A stretch of DNA of 64,000 nt from assembly GCA_047284725.1 (NCBI GenBank), contig JBJBEO010000001.1, forward strand, positions 2,392,203 through 2,456,202, in the 5' to 3' direction. The stretch is from Synechococcus sp. Its GTDB lineage: Bacteria > Cyanobacteriota > Cyanobacteriia > PCC-6307 > Cyanobiaceae. Below, one piece after another: positions 46,170-56,688 of the stretch; within the stretch, counting starts at the first letter, position 1; each line of letters starts with the position of its first letter. The translations under genes were made by a program, and so were the position numbers. The notes beneath the pieces were generated by a model. That model did not search any database. It saw only the letters and a program-made list of their open reading frames with translations, and was not told the DNA's origin.

Positions 46170-46337
46170 ATGCAAGTCACCGAAGAGGATGGCGGACGGC
46201 TGAACGCTTTTGCCAAAGAACCGCGCATGGAAGTGATGGATGCTCAAACCAGCCGCAGCAAGAGCTCTCAGCTGCTGATCGTCGCGGGCGGCGTGCTGGT
46301 GATCGCCCTGATGGCGGTGACGGTGCTGATCAGCTGA
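46170..46337 (+). CDS. psb34: PSII assembly factor Psb34 (Ssl1498 family); absent from ORF track
   Basis: Hand translation: MQVTEEDGGRLNAFAKEPRMEVMDAQTSRSKSSQLLIVAGGVLVIALMAVTVLIS (55 aa). Confidence 0.85.
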   Translation: MQVTEEDGGRLNAFAKEPRMEVMDAQTSRSKSSQLLIVAGGVLVIALMAVTVLIS

Positions 46338-46395
46338 AAACCCTGTAGTAGCTTGCGTCTGATTAGCGGTCGGAACGCTTCGGCAGGAGTTAGAG

Positions 46396-47592
46396 GTGAA
46401 GGTTCTCGTTCTCGGCGGTGACGGCTTCTGTGGCTGGCCCTGTGCAGTGAATCTGGCTGACCAGGGTCATGACGTCTTGATCGTCGACAACCTCAGTCGC
46501 CGCAAGATCGACATCGACCTCGAAGTGGAGTCCCTGACTCCGATCGTGAGCATTGGTGAGCGTCTGAAGGCCTGGGAAGAAACCGACGGCAAGCCCATGC
46601 GCTTCCTGCACATGGACATTGCCCATGAATACCAGCGCCTGCTCGATCTGCTGATCGAAGAGAAGCCTGACTCCGTGGTGCACTTCGCCGAGCAGCGCGC
46701 AGCTCCCTACTCCATGAAGAGCAGCGCCACCAAGCGCTACACCGTCGACAACAACGTCAACGGCACCCACAATCTGCTGGCTGCCATCGTTGAGAGTGGT
46801 CAGAACATCCATGTGGTGCATCTCGGCACCATGGGTGTGTACGGCTATGGCTCCCACCGCGGCGCCACCATTCCCGAGGGCTACCTGAAGGTGGAGGTGC
46901 CGCAGCCGGACGGCTCCCGCTTTGAAGAGGAGATTCTTCATCCCGCCAGCCCCGGCAGTGTCTATCACATGACCAAGACGCTGGATCAGCTCCTTTTCCT
47001 TTACTACAACAAAAACGATCAGGTGCGCATCACCGATCTCCACCAGGGGATCGTCTGGGGCACCAACACCGACGCCACGGATCGTGATCCCCGTCTGACC
47101 AACCGTTTCGATTACGACGGTGACTACGGCACCGTGCTGAACCGCTTTCTGATGCAGGCGGCGATCGGCTATCCCCTCACCGTGCACGGCACCGGCGGCC
47201 AGACCCGAGCCTTCATCCATATCCGTGATTCGGTGAAGTGCGTGCAACTGGCTCTGGAAAACCCCCCTGAGAAGGGTGAGCGAGTGAAGATCTTCAACCA
47301 GATGACCGAAAGCCATCAGGTGGGTGAACTGGCCAAGAAGGTGGCTGCCCTCACCGGCGCCCAGGTGAACAACCTGCCGAATCCCCGCAATGAAGCGGTG
47401 GAGAACGACCTGATCGTGGACAACCGTTGCTTCCTCGAACTCGGTCTCAACCCGACCACGCTCGATGATGGTCTGCTGAAGGAAGTGGTGGAGATCGCCA
47501 CCCGCTACGCCGACCGGTGCGATCGCAATCGCATCCTGTGCACCTCCGCCTGGACGAAAACCCAGGCCCAGGCCATCGGCACAGCGTCCTGA
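46396..47592 (+). CDS. sqdB: UDP-sulfoquinovose synthase
   Basis: GGDGFCGW, HFAEQRAAPYS, GTMGVYGY, YHMTK. Confidence 0.96.
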   Translation: MKVLVLGGDGFCGWPCAVNLADQGHDVLIVDNLSRRKIDIDLEVESLTPIVSIGERLKAWEETDGKPMRFLHMDIAHEYQRLLDLLIEEKPDSVVHFAEQRAAPYSMKSSATKRYTVDNNVNGTHNLLAAIVESGQNIHVVHLGTMGVYGYGSHRGATIPEGYLKVEVPQPDGSRFEEEILHPASPGSVYHMTKTLDQLLFLYYNKNDQVRITDLHQGIVWGTNTDATDRDPRLTNRFDYDGDYGTVLNRFLMQAAIGYPLTVHGTGGQTRAFIHIRDSVKCVQLALENPPEKGERVKIFNQMTESHQVGELAKKVAALTGAQVNNLPNPRNEAVENDLIVDNRCFLELGLNPTTLDDGLLKEVVEIATRYADRCDRNRILCTSAWTKTQAQAIGTAS

Positions 47593-47623
47593 TCAGTATC
47601 ACCCTGCCGTCGCCGTCGTTCCC

Positions 47624-48769
47624 GTGAAAATCGCTTTTTTCACCGAAACCTTCCTCCCCAAGGTCGACGGCATCGTCACCCGACTCACCAAAACGGTGAA
47701 GCATCTGGTGGACGCCGGTGATGAAGTGATGGTCTTCTGCCCAGAAGGCTGCCCCGACGACTACATGGGAGCCAAGCTGGTCGGCGTACCAGCCATGCCG
47801 CTGCCCCTCTATCCGGAACTGAAGCTGGCCCTGCCGCGGCCGGCTGTATCGGACGCCATTGACGCCTTCCAGCCTGACCTCATTCATGTGGTCAATCCGG
47901 CTGTGTTGGGCCTTGGAGGCATCTGGCTGGCCAAAACCAAGGGCATTCCACTGGTGGCCAGCTACCACACCCATCTACCCAAATACCTTGAGCACTACGG
48001 GATGGGCATGCTCGAGCCCCTGCTCTGGGAACTGCTCAAAGCCGCTCATAATCAGGCCGTGCTCAACCTCTGCACCTCCACGGCGATGGTGCAAGAGCTC
48101 AGCGAAAAAGGGATCCAGCACACTGACCTGTGGCAACGCGGTGTGGATACGGACCTCTTCCGTCCGGAGCTCCGTAGTGATGACATGCGCCAACGGCTGC
48201 TGGGAAGCCACGACGACCTCGGATCTCTGCTGCTCTATGTCGGCCGTCTGTCAGCTGAGAAGCAGATCGAACGCATTCGACCAGTGCTGGAAGCCCTGCC
48301 GCATACCCGGCTGGCCCTGGTCGGGGATGGCCCTCACCGCCAGCAGCTCGAGAAGCATTTCGAAGGCACCGCTACCACCTTTGTGGGCTACCTAGCTGGA
48401 GAAGAGCTGGCGAGCGCCTACGCCAGTGGTGATGCATTCCTTTTCCCGTCCAGCACGGAAACCCTGGGCCTGGTTCTGCTGGAGGCAATGGCCGCCGGAT
48501 GCCCGGTGGTAGGTGCTAACAGGGGCGGTATCCCCGACATCATCAGCGACGGCATCAATGGTTGTCTCTACGAACCGGACGGCTGCGATGGTGGTGCCTC
48601 CAGTCTCATTGAAGCCACCCGTCGCCTGCTGGGCAATGACCAGGATCGCCAGAGCCTTCGCACCGAAGCCCGCCGCGAGGCTGAACGCTGGGGCTGGGCC
48701 GGCGCCACGGAACAATTGCGCGGTTACTACCGCCAGGTCCTTCAACCAACCCTCAGCGCAGTGGCATGA
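47624..48769 (+). CDS. sqdX: Sulfoquinovosyltransferase (GT4)
   Basis: TETFLPKVDG, VGRLSAEK, ETLGLVLLEAMA; follows sqdB. Confidence 0.92.
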   Translation: MKIAFFTETFLPKVDGIVTRLTKTVKHLVDAGDEVMVFCPEGCPDDYMGAKLVGVPAMPLPLYPELKLALPRPAVSDAIDAFQPDLIHVVNPAVLGLGGIWLAKTKGIPLVASYHTHLPKYLEHYGMGMLEPLLWELLKAAHNQAVLNLCTSTAMVQELSEKGIQHTDLWQRGVDTDLFRPELRSDDMRQRLLGSHDDLGSLLLYVGRLSAEKQIERIRPVLEALPHTRLALVGDGPHRQQLEKHFEGTATTFVGYLAGEELASAYASGDAFLFPSSTETLGLVLLEAMAAGCPVVGANRGGIPDIISDGINGCLYEPDGCDGGASSLIEATRRLLGNDQDRQSLRTEARREAERWGWAGATEQLRGYYRQVLQPTLSAVA

Positions 48770-48772
48770 AGC

Positions 48773-50578
48773 TCAGCGCTTCTCACGCTTGCGGTTCCAC
48801 GTCTCCATCACCTTCTTAGCCATGGGTAGAGCATGGACTGAGCCCCCACCGGGAGTGTTCTCTGCAAAGGCCACAATCACAATCTCCCCTTCCGGATAAG
48901 GGGCATAGCTGGCAAACCAGGCGTGGTCAGGGCCACCTGTGCTGTCTTCAGCTGTTCCGGTCTTACCGGCTGCCGGAGGGATCCCGGGGCCATTGAGGCC
49001 ATAGCCAGTGCCATCAGACACCACTTTGCGCAGGCCTTCCCGGATTTTCTTGAGCGTGCTCGGCTTGATCGCCACGCGGCTGCGACGATCTGGTGCCGTC
49101 CAATCCAGACCCTGGTCGGCGAGGTGCGGCGTCACCAGCCAGCCGCCATTGGCAAACACGCTGTAAGCCCGAGCCAACTGCAGAGGCGTGATCTGTACCA
49201 CCGACTGACCAATGGAAGCGCTGGCCATGTCTTCTGGGATCCAGGGAGTGGTGCCGGGCTTGCTCCAACCGCGACCAGCCGCGGCCCAATCTTCATCGCC
49301 AACCAATCCCACACTTTCCTCCCAGCCGATCTCAATGCCGCTTTTGCCAGCAAAGCCAAGAGCGGTGGCGGCCTTCTTCAGAGCACGGGAACCTGAACCC
49401 ACGCCGATTTGATAGAAAAAGGTGTTGCTGGAAAAACGCAACGCATCGGCATAACCGATGGTGCCAAATCCAGCACCGTTGTGGTCAGGGAAGCAGTGAC
49501 CGCCATAGGTGATGCAGGCCGCCGTTGGCAACTTCACGTCCGCCGGAAACTTGCCCGACTCCATCCCGGCCATCGCTGTCACCGCTTTCCAGGTGCTGCC
49601 TGGGTCGTAAGCGTTCAATGCCCTGCTGAACAACGGCTTGCGCGGATTTGAAAAGAGTTGGTCGTATTCCTTCTGAGTGGTGACCAGCTTCGAGAAGAAA
49701 TTAGGGTCATAGGTGGGTTTGCTGGCCAGAGCAAGAATGCCGCCGGTGCGCGGATCCATCGCCACGATGGACCCTCCCTGCTTGTCAGCCAGGGCCTGCT
49801 CTGCCGCCCGCTGAAGATCGAGGTCGAGCGTGAGGGTGAGATCTTTGCCGGCCACAGAAGGGCGATCACCGAGGTATCGCTGCACCTCGCCCATGGCATT
49901 CACCTCCAGCATCTGCCCACCCCATTTCCCGCGCAGATGAGATTCGTAGGCCGCTTCAACACCAGTGCGGCCGATGCGATCACGAATCTTGTAACCCTTC
50001 TCGACCAGCTGCTTGTATTCGTTTTCCGTGATCGGCTGCGAATAACCCAAAGCGTGGGCCGCCAAAGTTCCATGGGGGTAAAAACGGAGGATGTCCACAT
50101 CCACCTGGGCACCCTTCAGATCCAATGCCTGCTCACGGAAGCGCAACACCTGTTCTGGCGTGAGCTCCGAAGCAAGCGTGATGCGGTAACCATCGCGATC
50201 AACGCCCCTGTTACGGCGCTGATCTAAGTCCTCCGGCTTCAGATTCAACAAGCGGGTCAGATGATCCCGCAAGACGGGCCAGGTGGCATCGTCGACCAAC
50301 CGTGGCTCGAGGTAAAGGGAATACGTGAGTTTGCTGGAAGCCAAGACCCGACCATCACGGTCGAGCAAGCGCCCGCGGATGGGCGATCGCGGCACCAGAC
50401 GGATGCGATTTTCGTCAGCCTGCTCACGGAAGTGAGCGCCCTCGATCACCTGCAGCCAGGTGAGCCGTGCCAGCATCGCACCACAAAAAATCAGCACCAC
50501 ACTGATCAGAATCAAAGGCTGCTGCTTAAGACCGCTGTGGCGGTAGCCCTCACGACCGGTGTAGCTGGAACGAGCCAT
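48773..50578 (-). CDS. mrdA: Penicillin-binding protein 2
   Basis: TM anchor, RGRLLDR, PGSTWK (SxxK), SSN, KTGTAE. Confidence 0.95.
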   Translation of the reverse strand: MARSSYTGREGYRHSGLKQQPLILISVVLIFCGAMLARLTWLQVIEGAHFREQADENRIRLVPRSPIRGRLLDRDGRVLASSKLTYSLYLEPRLVDDATWPVLRDHLTRLLNLKPEDLDQRRNRGVDRDGYRITLASELTPEQVLRFREQALDLKGAQVDVDILRFYPHGTLAAHALGYSQPITENEYKQLVEKGYKIRDRIGRTGVEAAYESHLRGKWGGQMLEVNAMGEVQRYLGDRPSVAGKDLTLTLDLDLQRAAEQALADKQGGSIVAMDPRTGGILALASKPTYDPNFFSKLVTTQKEYDQLFSNPRKPLFSRALNAYDPGSTWKAVTAMAGMESGKFPADVKLPTAACITYGGHCFPDHNGAGFGTIGYADALRFSSNTFFYQIGVGSGSRALKKAATALGFAGKSGIEIGWEESVGLVGDEDWAAAGRGWSKPGTTPWIPEDMASASIGQSVVQITPLQLARAYSVFANGGWLVTPHLADQGLDWTAPDRRSRVAIKPSTLKKIREGLRKVVSDGTGYGLNGPGIPPAAGKTGTAEDSTGGPDHAWFASYAPYPEGEIVIVAFAENTPGGGSVHALPMAKKVMETWNRKREKR

Positions 50579-50594
50579 AGGGTGAAGCGACTGC

Positions 50595-50969
50595 TCAGGA
50601 AGCGAGAGATTGCTGGAGCTGATCCAGTCTGCTTTCAATCCTGGCAAGAACCTGATGCAACGACTCGCCGTCGTCAGAGGTCGTCTGGAGTGGAGGTGAC
50701 TGAGCGGGTTCAGGATCCACGTCGACCGTCACTTCGATGACAGGATTCCCAAGGCCAGGGCTGACCTGATCCAAGCGTTCGCGCACAACTCTGGCGGAGG
50801 CCTGGCCTTCATCACGTAGATCCGAGAAAGGATCAGCCGAACCCGTGAAGCTTTCCACCACCTTGGCAGCGCCTCCCTGACGCACCCTGTCTGCCATCGC
50901 GAGACCCACAGGCAACACGTCTTGCATCAAAGTGAGTCGAAAGGCCTCAAAAGGATTTTGCTCGGCCAT
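50595..50969 (-). CDS. Hypothetical protein with C-terminal coiled coil
   Basis: Co-directional ORF filling the gap before mrdA. Confidence 0.7.
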   Translation of the reverse strand: MAEQNPFEAFRLTLMQDVLPVGLAMADRVRQGGAAKVVESFTGSADPFSDLRDEGQASARVVRERLDQVSPGLGNPVIEVTVDVDPEPAQSPPLQTTSDDGESLHQVLARIESRLDQLQQSLAS

Positions 50970-50981
50970 CGAACCGAAGTC

Positions 50982-51593
50982 TCAACGAATTCCAGTCTGC
51001 TCTGATGGCAGCACCACCGTGGGACAAGCGGCTTGACGGGCTCCAAAAGCCCAGCCAGAAACACCGCTGAGCACAACCAAAGCCAGGATGGGAACAATCG
51101 CCTGGTGGGTGGTCTCGAGACTCAGCCATTCGCGCCAGCCCCGCAGAAACCGATCTCTTGCAAAACGGCGGCGCTCCCGCGACTCCTGCTTAAAGCGGCG
51201 GCGGAATGATTTCTCCACCCAACGCTCAAAGGAACGCTTCTTGGTGATCGCCATCTTGCGCTCCACCTCCAGCAGCTGACCGGAGGTGAGCTCCGGATGG
51301 AAGGTGCTGATCAACTCCAGACTCTTGAGGAACATCTCCACGGCACCGTCCTTGATCTGACGGGCGTCGTCATCGAGCAGATCCCAGGCCAGCTCTGGAT
51401 AGAATCGACAGCGGTTGTTCAGGATCTGCTCCTCGGTGAGCTGACCGGGTTCACGCAACCAGCGATCGGTGTTGCTGTCGAAACGACGCCAGTAGAGGAA
51501 GGGGTTGATATAGATCGTCTTCCCACCCAGCAGGATGCTGTCTTGCTGCAGGCGTCGCTGCAGCTGCTGAGTCTGCTCTTGGGCAGCGGTCAC
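50982..51593 (-). CDS. Hypothetical protein with C-terminal TM
   Basis: INPFLYWRRFD..DRWLREPGQ block, coding-like composition; GTG start estimated. Confidence 0.75.
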   Translation of the reverse strand: MTAAQEQTQQLQRRLQQDSILLGGKTIYINPFLYWRRFDSNTDRWLREPGQLTEEQILNNRCRFYPELAWDLLDDDARQIKDGAVEMFLKSLELISTFHPELTSGQLLEVERKMAITKKRSFERWVEKSFRRRFKQESRERRRFARDRFLRGWREWLSLETTHQAIVPILALVVLSGVSGWAFGARQAACPTVVLPSEQTGIR

Positions 51594-51654
51594 AGGAAAT
51601 TCGAGCTGGGCGCTCAGGGTATCGGCGCAGTCGACCGCCCACCAGCCCCCTGAC

Positions 51655-53241
51655 TTATTCCCACTCGATCGTTCCAGGGGGCTTGCTGGTGATATCGAGC
51701 ACCACTCGATTGACCCCCTGCACCTCATTGACAATGCGATTGGAGATCTTTTCAAGCAGATCAGCTGGCAGACGCGACCAGTCGGCGGTCATTCCATCCT
51801 CGCTCGAGACGCAGCGAAGCACGATCGGCCAGGCATAGGTGCGCTTGTCGCCCATGACACCCACGGAACGCACAGGCAACAGGACTGCAAAGGCCTGCCA
51901 AATGTCGTGATAGAGACCCGCTTCCTTCACCTCTTCACGCACGATCAGATCGGCATCACGCAGACAATCCAGCTTCTCGTCGGTGACCTCACCGAGAATG
52001 CGAATGGCCAGACCAGGGCCTGGAAAGGGGTGACGTCGCACGATCTCTTCCGGCAAACCCAGATTACGGCCCACCTTGCGCACCTCGTCTTTGAACAATT
52101 TGCGCAGGGGCTCCACCAGCTTGAACTGGAGATCCTTCGGTAGACCACCCACGTTGTGGTGGCTCTTGATCTTCACGGCCACCCGCTCACCGGTTTTGGG
52201 ATCCACGTTGGTGCCGGCGCTCTCAATCACATCGGGATAGAGGGTGCCCTGAGCGAGGTAATCAAAGGGGCCGAGGCGCTTGCTCTCCTCTTCAAATACA
52301 CGAATGAACTCAGTACCGATGATCTTGCGCTTCTTCTCGGGATCGGTCACACCACTTAGCTTTTCGAGAAAGCGCTTGCGAGCATTGATGTATTCAACAT
52401 GGATGTTGAATTTGCGGTCGAAAAAGTCCATCAAAAATTCGGGCTCACCTTTTCGCATAAAGCCCTGATCGATGAACATGCAGGTGAGTTGATCCCCAAT
52501 GGCTTTCTTCAACAGGAAAGCAAGGGTGGACGAATCCACACCACCCGACAGGGCAAGTAACACGCGTTTGTCACCGACCTGCTCACGCACCAGCGCCACC
52601 GCCTCCTCAATGAAGGCATCCGTGGTCCAGTCGGGCTCACAAGTACAGACGTGGTAGACAAAGTTGCGGATCAAAGCCATTCCGCAGGTGGAATGCACCA
52701 CTTCGGGATGGAACTGCACGCCGTACAAGCGGCGCTGATGGTCAGCCACCGCAGCCTCGGGGGTATTGGCGGTGTGGGCCAAGCGCACAAACCCCTCAGG
52801 AAGCGCCTTCACGGAGTCGCCGTGGCTCATCCACATCGTGGAACCGCTGTCGACATTGGTGAGCAAATCAGTGGGGTCGTCCACGATCAGTGGCGCCTTG
52901 CCGTATTCCGCCTTGCCCGTGGCGGCCTCCACAACTCCCCCCAGCTGCTGCACCATCAGCTGCATGCCGTAACAGACACCAAGCACCGGAATGCCCAGGT
53001 TCCAGATCTCCGGATCGCAAAGAGGAGCACCCTCGGCGTACACAGAACTGGGGCCACCGCTGAGGATGATTCCCGCCGGGGCCATTTCGCGCAGCTCTGC
53101 AGCGGACGTGCTGTAGCCCAACACCAGAGAGAACACCTCCGTCTCCCGCACCCTTCGCGCGATCAGCTCCGAATACTGCGAGCCGAAATCGAGAATGACG
53201 ATCGCCGGCTTACGCGGGCCGTCAGGCTGCATTTGAGTCAT
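51655..53241 (-). CDS. guaA: GMP synthase
   Basis: [44 protein letters not shown]. Confidence 0.99.
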   Translation of the reverse strand: MTQMQPDGPRKPAIVILDFGSQYSELIARRVRETEVFSLVLGYSTSAAELREMAPAGIILSGGPSSVYAEGAPLCDPEIWNLGIPVLGVCYGMQLMVQQLGGVVEAATGKAEYGKAPLIVDDPTDLLTNVDSGSTMWMSHGDSVKALPEGFVRLAHTANTPEAAVADHQRRLYGVQFHPEVVHSTCGMALIRNFVYHVCTCEPDWTTDAFIEEAVALVREQVGDKRVLLALSGGVDSSTLAFLLKKAIGDQLTCMFIDQGFMRKGEPEFLMDFFDRKFNIHVEYINARKRFLEKLSGVTDPEKKRKIIGTEFIRVFEEESKRLGPFDYLAQGTLYPDVIESAGTNVDPKTGERVAVKIKSHHNVGGLPKDLQFKLVEPLRKLFKDEVRKVGRNLGLPEEIVRRHPFPGPGLAIRILGEVTDEKLDCLRDADLIVREEVKEAGLYHDIWQAFAVLLPVRSVGVMGDKRTYAWPIVLRCVSSEDGMTADWSRLPADLLEKISNRIVNEVQGVNRVVLDITSKPPGTIEWE

Positions 53242-53280
53242 CGCTACGAAGGGGGTCGGGGGCAAACGACCATCAATCCA

Positions 53281-54441
53281 TCAGCGTAGAGAAGGGGCTT
53301 GGAGGGTCACTCCCCACTGCTGCAGCACAGCCACCCCTGCAGGTCCTGCCCAGCGGCGCTGACGAGAGCGATCAAACAACACGGCTCCCAACCGCAAGGG
53401 CCAATCGCCATAACGCTGCAAATAGTCCCGACCGCGCCGCTCGACGGCTGTCGCCATGGCCTGCCGCAAGGCATCGGCTTTGACTGGATCATGGGCTTCA
53501 AGATCGGTCAACGCCGCCTCCACCGAGGCAGCGGTTCGCAGTTGCTGCAACTGGGGCTGAGGCAAGGCAAGATCCACAGCCAGGGCCACAAGAACCTCGG
53601 AACGTCCATCGGCCAGATGGTGATGGGTGTGGAAAATGCCACCAGCCAACTTGACCAGCTTTCCCTGGTAACCCAGCAACAGCAAGTCTTCAACGCCCGC
53701 CTCCGCCGCTGCCACCAGCGACGGGCCAATCCAGTTGCCGGTTTTGATCACAGGCCCTACAGCTGTCAAACCCAATTGGCCCGCCAGATCCAAACCGTTC
53801 TCACCGATCACGAACGTCATCCGTCCGTTGAAAGTCCGTGCATTGGCCTCCTGCCGCACCTGATCGAGGCTTGCCTGCAGTTGATCAGGCGATGCACTGG
53901 CCTGCACCAGGGCCTGCGTCCCAATCAAAGCAAGACCTTCCACCACTCCAAAAGCGGAATTGCTGGTGCGTTCTGCCAACAACCTCCCCCGCGGTAGCAC
54001 CACCTCCACCACCAACCCCCGGCCTTGGGGCACCAGAGGGCGCAGGTTGCACTCCAGCAGCGTCCGCGCAAAAGCAGAGAGACACATCCCTCCGCCGTCT
54101 TCAAAGCGGCCGACTCCCTCACCAGGCAGCAGGGTGAGCCAGGGATCCGCCTTTGCAGACCAAGACACCTGAACCCACACCTCCAGTCCCCGGGTGAGAT
54201 CCAAACCCGAGCCTGGATCGCAAATGCTGATGGCCAAAGCCTGGGCACCACCCTCGAGCAGCGACACCGACCGCACCGACACCAGCTGCGTTGTCTCACT
54301 GTCTGGCAAGAGCAGGGTCTGCTCCAAAGCAACTTGTTCACCGGCAAGCTGCTGTGTGGCTGCCCGCGCCGCCGCAGCGACCCACATCGGCAAAATCAAA
54401 CCAGCCGGAGAAGACGATGGAGAGGGAGCGGCCTCAGGCAT
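53281..54441 (-). CDS. cbiD: Cobalt-precorrin-5B methyltransferase
   Basis: DPG..LDLTRG, RTSN.AFGVVEGLALIGT, GKLVKLAGGIFHTH. Confidence 0.93.
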   Translation of the reverse strand: MPEAAPSPSSSPAGLILPMWVAAAARAATQQLAGEQVALEQTLLLPDSETTQLVSVRSVSLLEGGAQALAISICDPGSGLDLTRGLEVWVQVSWSAKADPWLTLLPGEGVGRFEDGGGMCLSAFARTLLECNLRPLVPQGRGLVVEVVLPRGRLLAERTSNSAFGVVEGLALIGTQALVQASASPDQLQASLDQVRQEANARTFNGRMTFVIGENGLDLAGQLGLTAVGPVIKTGNWIGPSLVAAAEAGVEDLLLLGYQGKLVKLAGGIFHTHHHLADGRSEVLVALAVDLALPQPQLQQLRTAASVEAALTDLEAHDPVKADALRQAMATAVERRGRDYLQRYGDWPLRLGAVLFDRSRQRRWAGPAGVAVLQQWGVTLQAPSLR

Positions 54442-54508
54442 GACGGCCGGCTGGCAATCGGAGGTTCAAGACCATTTTTTAAGATGATGGATTGGCATTT
54501 CTGAGGCC

Positions 54509-55660
54509 GTGCAGGACAAGCTCACGCTGATGATCCCGGGTCCCACCCCCGTGCCCGAGTCGGTGCTGAAGGCCATGGGCCGCCACCCCATCGGCCACCG
54601 CAGCGGTGAGTTCCAGGATGTGGTGAAACGCACCACCGAGCAACTGCGCTGGCTCCACCAGACCAGCAATGATGTGCTGGTGATTACCGGAAGCGGCACG
54701 GCCGCGATGGAAGCGGGAATCATCAACACCCTCAGCCGGGGGGACAAAGTGCTCTGTGGCGACAACGGCAAGTTCGGCGAGCGCTGGGTGAAAGTGGCCC
54801 GGGCCTACGGACTCGACGTGGAGGTGATCAAGGCTGAATGGGGCCAGCCCCTTGATCCAGAGGCCTTCCGCACCGCCCTGGAAGCCGACACCGCCAAAGA
54901 AATTCGGGCTGTGATCCTCACCCACTCCGAAACGTCCACAGGAGTGATCAACGACCTCGAAACGATCAGCGGTCATGTGCGAGCCCATGGCACCGCTCTC
55001 ACCATTGCTGACTGTGTCACCAGCCTCGGCGCAAGCAACGTGCCAATGGATGCCTGGGGTTTGGATGTGGTGGCATCGGGCTCACAGAAGGGCTACATGA
55101 TGCCCCCTGGTCTCAGCTTCGTCGCGATGAGTGAGCGGGCCTGGCAGGCCTACGAACGTTCGGATCTACCCAAATTTTATTTAGATCTGGGCCCATACCG
55201 AAAAACCGCAGCCAAGAACAGCAATCCCTTCACCCCGGCGGTGAATCTCTACTTCGCTCTTGAAACAGCGCTGGACATGATGCAGGCCGAAGGACTGGAA
55301 GCAATCTTCACGCGCCACGGCCGCCATCGCGCCGCAGCACAAGCAGGCATGAAAGCCATGGGTCTTCCCCTCTACGCCGCCGAGGGCTACGGCAGTCCTG
55401 CCATCACAGCCGTTGCTCCAGATGGCATCGATGCGGAACAACTGCGGAAAGCTGTCAAAGAACGTTTTGACATACTTCTTGCTGGCGGCCAGGATCACCT
55501 CAAAGGCAAGGTCTTCCGCATTGGCCACTTGGGCTTTGTCTGCGATCGCGATGTGCTGACCGCGGTCGCTGCGATCGAGTCAACATTGCACTCTCTCGGT
55601 CTCCACAAAACCACCATGGGTGCCGGCGTAGCGGCCACTGCTGCGGCACTCGCCTCCTAA
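54509..55660 (+). CDS. Class V aminotransferase (alanine/serine-glyoxylate family, DhsS-like)
   Basis: MIPGPT, GSGTAAME, HSETSTG, SGSQKG PLP lysine, FRIGHLG. Confidence 0.93.
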   Translation: MQDKLTLMIPGPTPVPESVLKAMGRHPIGHRSGEFQDVVKRTTEQLRWLHQTSNDVLVITGSGTAAMEAGIINTLSRGDKVLCGDNGKFGERWVKVARAYGLDVEVIKAEWGQPLDPEAFRTALEADTAKEIRAVILTHSETSTGVINDLETISGHVRAHGTALTIADCVTSLGASNVPMDAWGLDVVASGSQKGYMMPPGLSFVAMSERAWQAYERSDLPKFYLDLGPYRKTAAKNSNPFTPAVNLYFALETALDMMQAEGLEAIFTRHGRHRAAAQAGMKAMGLPLYAAEGYGSPAITAVAPDGIDAEQLRKAVKERFDILLAGGQDHLKGKVFRIGHLGFVCDRDVLTAVAAIESTLHSLGLHKTTMGAGVAATAAALAS

Positions 55661-55719
55661 AGCAACAGGCTGCGATCTCCAACACCACAAGCTGCGGCAG
55701 TGTCATAAACTGCCGCAAT

Positions 55720-55791
55720 GCGGGTGTAATTCAGTGGTAGAATGTCAGCTTCCCAAGCTGAACGTCGCCGGTTCGAGTCCGGTCACCCGCT
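55720..55791 (+). tRNA. tRNA-Gly(CCC)
   Basis: GCGGGTGTAATTCAGTGGTAGAATG-TCAGC TTCCCAA GCTGA-..GTTCGAGTCC..CACCCGCT. Confidence 0.96.
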
Positions 55792-55819
55792 TACTTAAGT
55801 GAATGAGGTCAACCAACCC

Positions 55820-56044
55820 TTAATGGCGTGGTTTGATCAACTGCATGACCTGTGGGCCAACATCACCGGCTCGACGCTCTTGATCAAGAGCACGAAGAAT
55901 AAAGCCTGCGGATTGGTCAACCTGCCCCTCTTCAGCAGCCTGCTTAGCCAATGAAAAATATTTAGCTGCCTGATCTCTGTAACTCTGCTTCTGTTTGGCT
56001 GCAGCAGGGGGAGATCCTGTAGGTCTTGCAAGTATTGACGTCAC
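55820..56044 (-). CDS. Small hypothetical helical protein
   Basis: 74-aa ORF, helix-hairpin pattern (YFSLAKQAAEEG..ILRALDQERRAG). Confidence 0.6.
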   Translation of the reverse strand: MTSILARPTGSPPAAAKQKQSYRDQAAKYFSLAKQAAEEGQVDQSAGFILRALDQERRAGDVGPQVMQLIKPRH

Positions 56045-56117
56045 AATTAATCTCTAATTACGGTAAGCCTAACGCAACGATCGCAGCACCTACAAAGTGA
56101 ATATACGGAACGTTGCG

Positions 56118-56279
56118 TTAAGTGCCTGGTTCTTCGAAATTTCCCCCCAAAGCATCGATCTGCTCCCGCAGGACTTCAACCCTGTGATGATCGCCACGCG
56201 TGATGGCAACAGCAAGGGCAAATTCCAGTTTCTCCAACCGATGGTCACCCTCAACCAAACCCTTGCCTGAAGAGGCCAT
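56118..56279 (-). CDS. Small hypothetical protein (53 aa)
   Basis: Amphipathic RLEKLEFALAVA..LREQIDALGG; internal ATG chosen. Confidence 0.6.
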   Translation of the reverse strand: MASSGKGLVEGDHRLEKLEFALAVAITRGDHHRVEVLREQIDALGGNFEEPGT

Positions 56280-56373
56280 CGCATGGAATGGCTCCAAGCT
56301 GCGATTGCCACATGCACCTGTCTGAGGAAAAGCCATCGGTCACTTTCTTTTCATTTTGACATCGACAGCGCCT

Positions 56374-56688
56374 TTACGCCGCCTCAAAGTCCTGAGAATT
56401 CCCCTCCTCGGTGGGCGGAAAAGCCTCCAAGCCGGCTTCGGCTGGGTTGGATTCAGTCGCAACAGTCGACTGCAACAGAGACTGACAATCCATCAAGAGA
56501 CGATCCACATCGTCAAGACGAGCCAAGTCTGCCGCTGGCATCTCTGATGTGGCCTGCTGCTGCTTGACCTGGAGCTCAAGGCTTTCCAGTCGCTGCTCAA
56601 GCTTCACCAGGCGCTGTGACAAGGCATTGATCGCATGAGCAACATCCTCTGCCGTGCGTGTGATCCGAAAAGACACGGACTGGGTCAT
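56374..56688 (-). CDS. Coiled-coil hypothetical protein
   Basis: Heptad run LSQRLVKLEQRLESLELQV. Confidence 0.7.
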   Translation of the reverse strand: MTQSVSFRITRTAEDVAHAINALSQRLVKLEQRLESLELQVKQQQATSEMPAADLARLDDVDRLLMDCQSLLQSTVATESNPAEAGLEAFPPTEEGNSQDFEAA

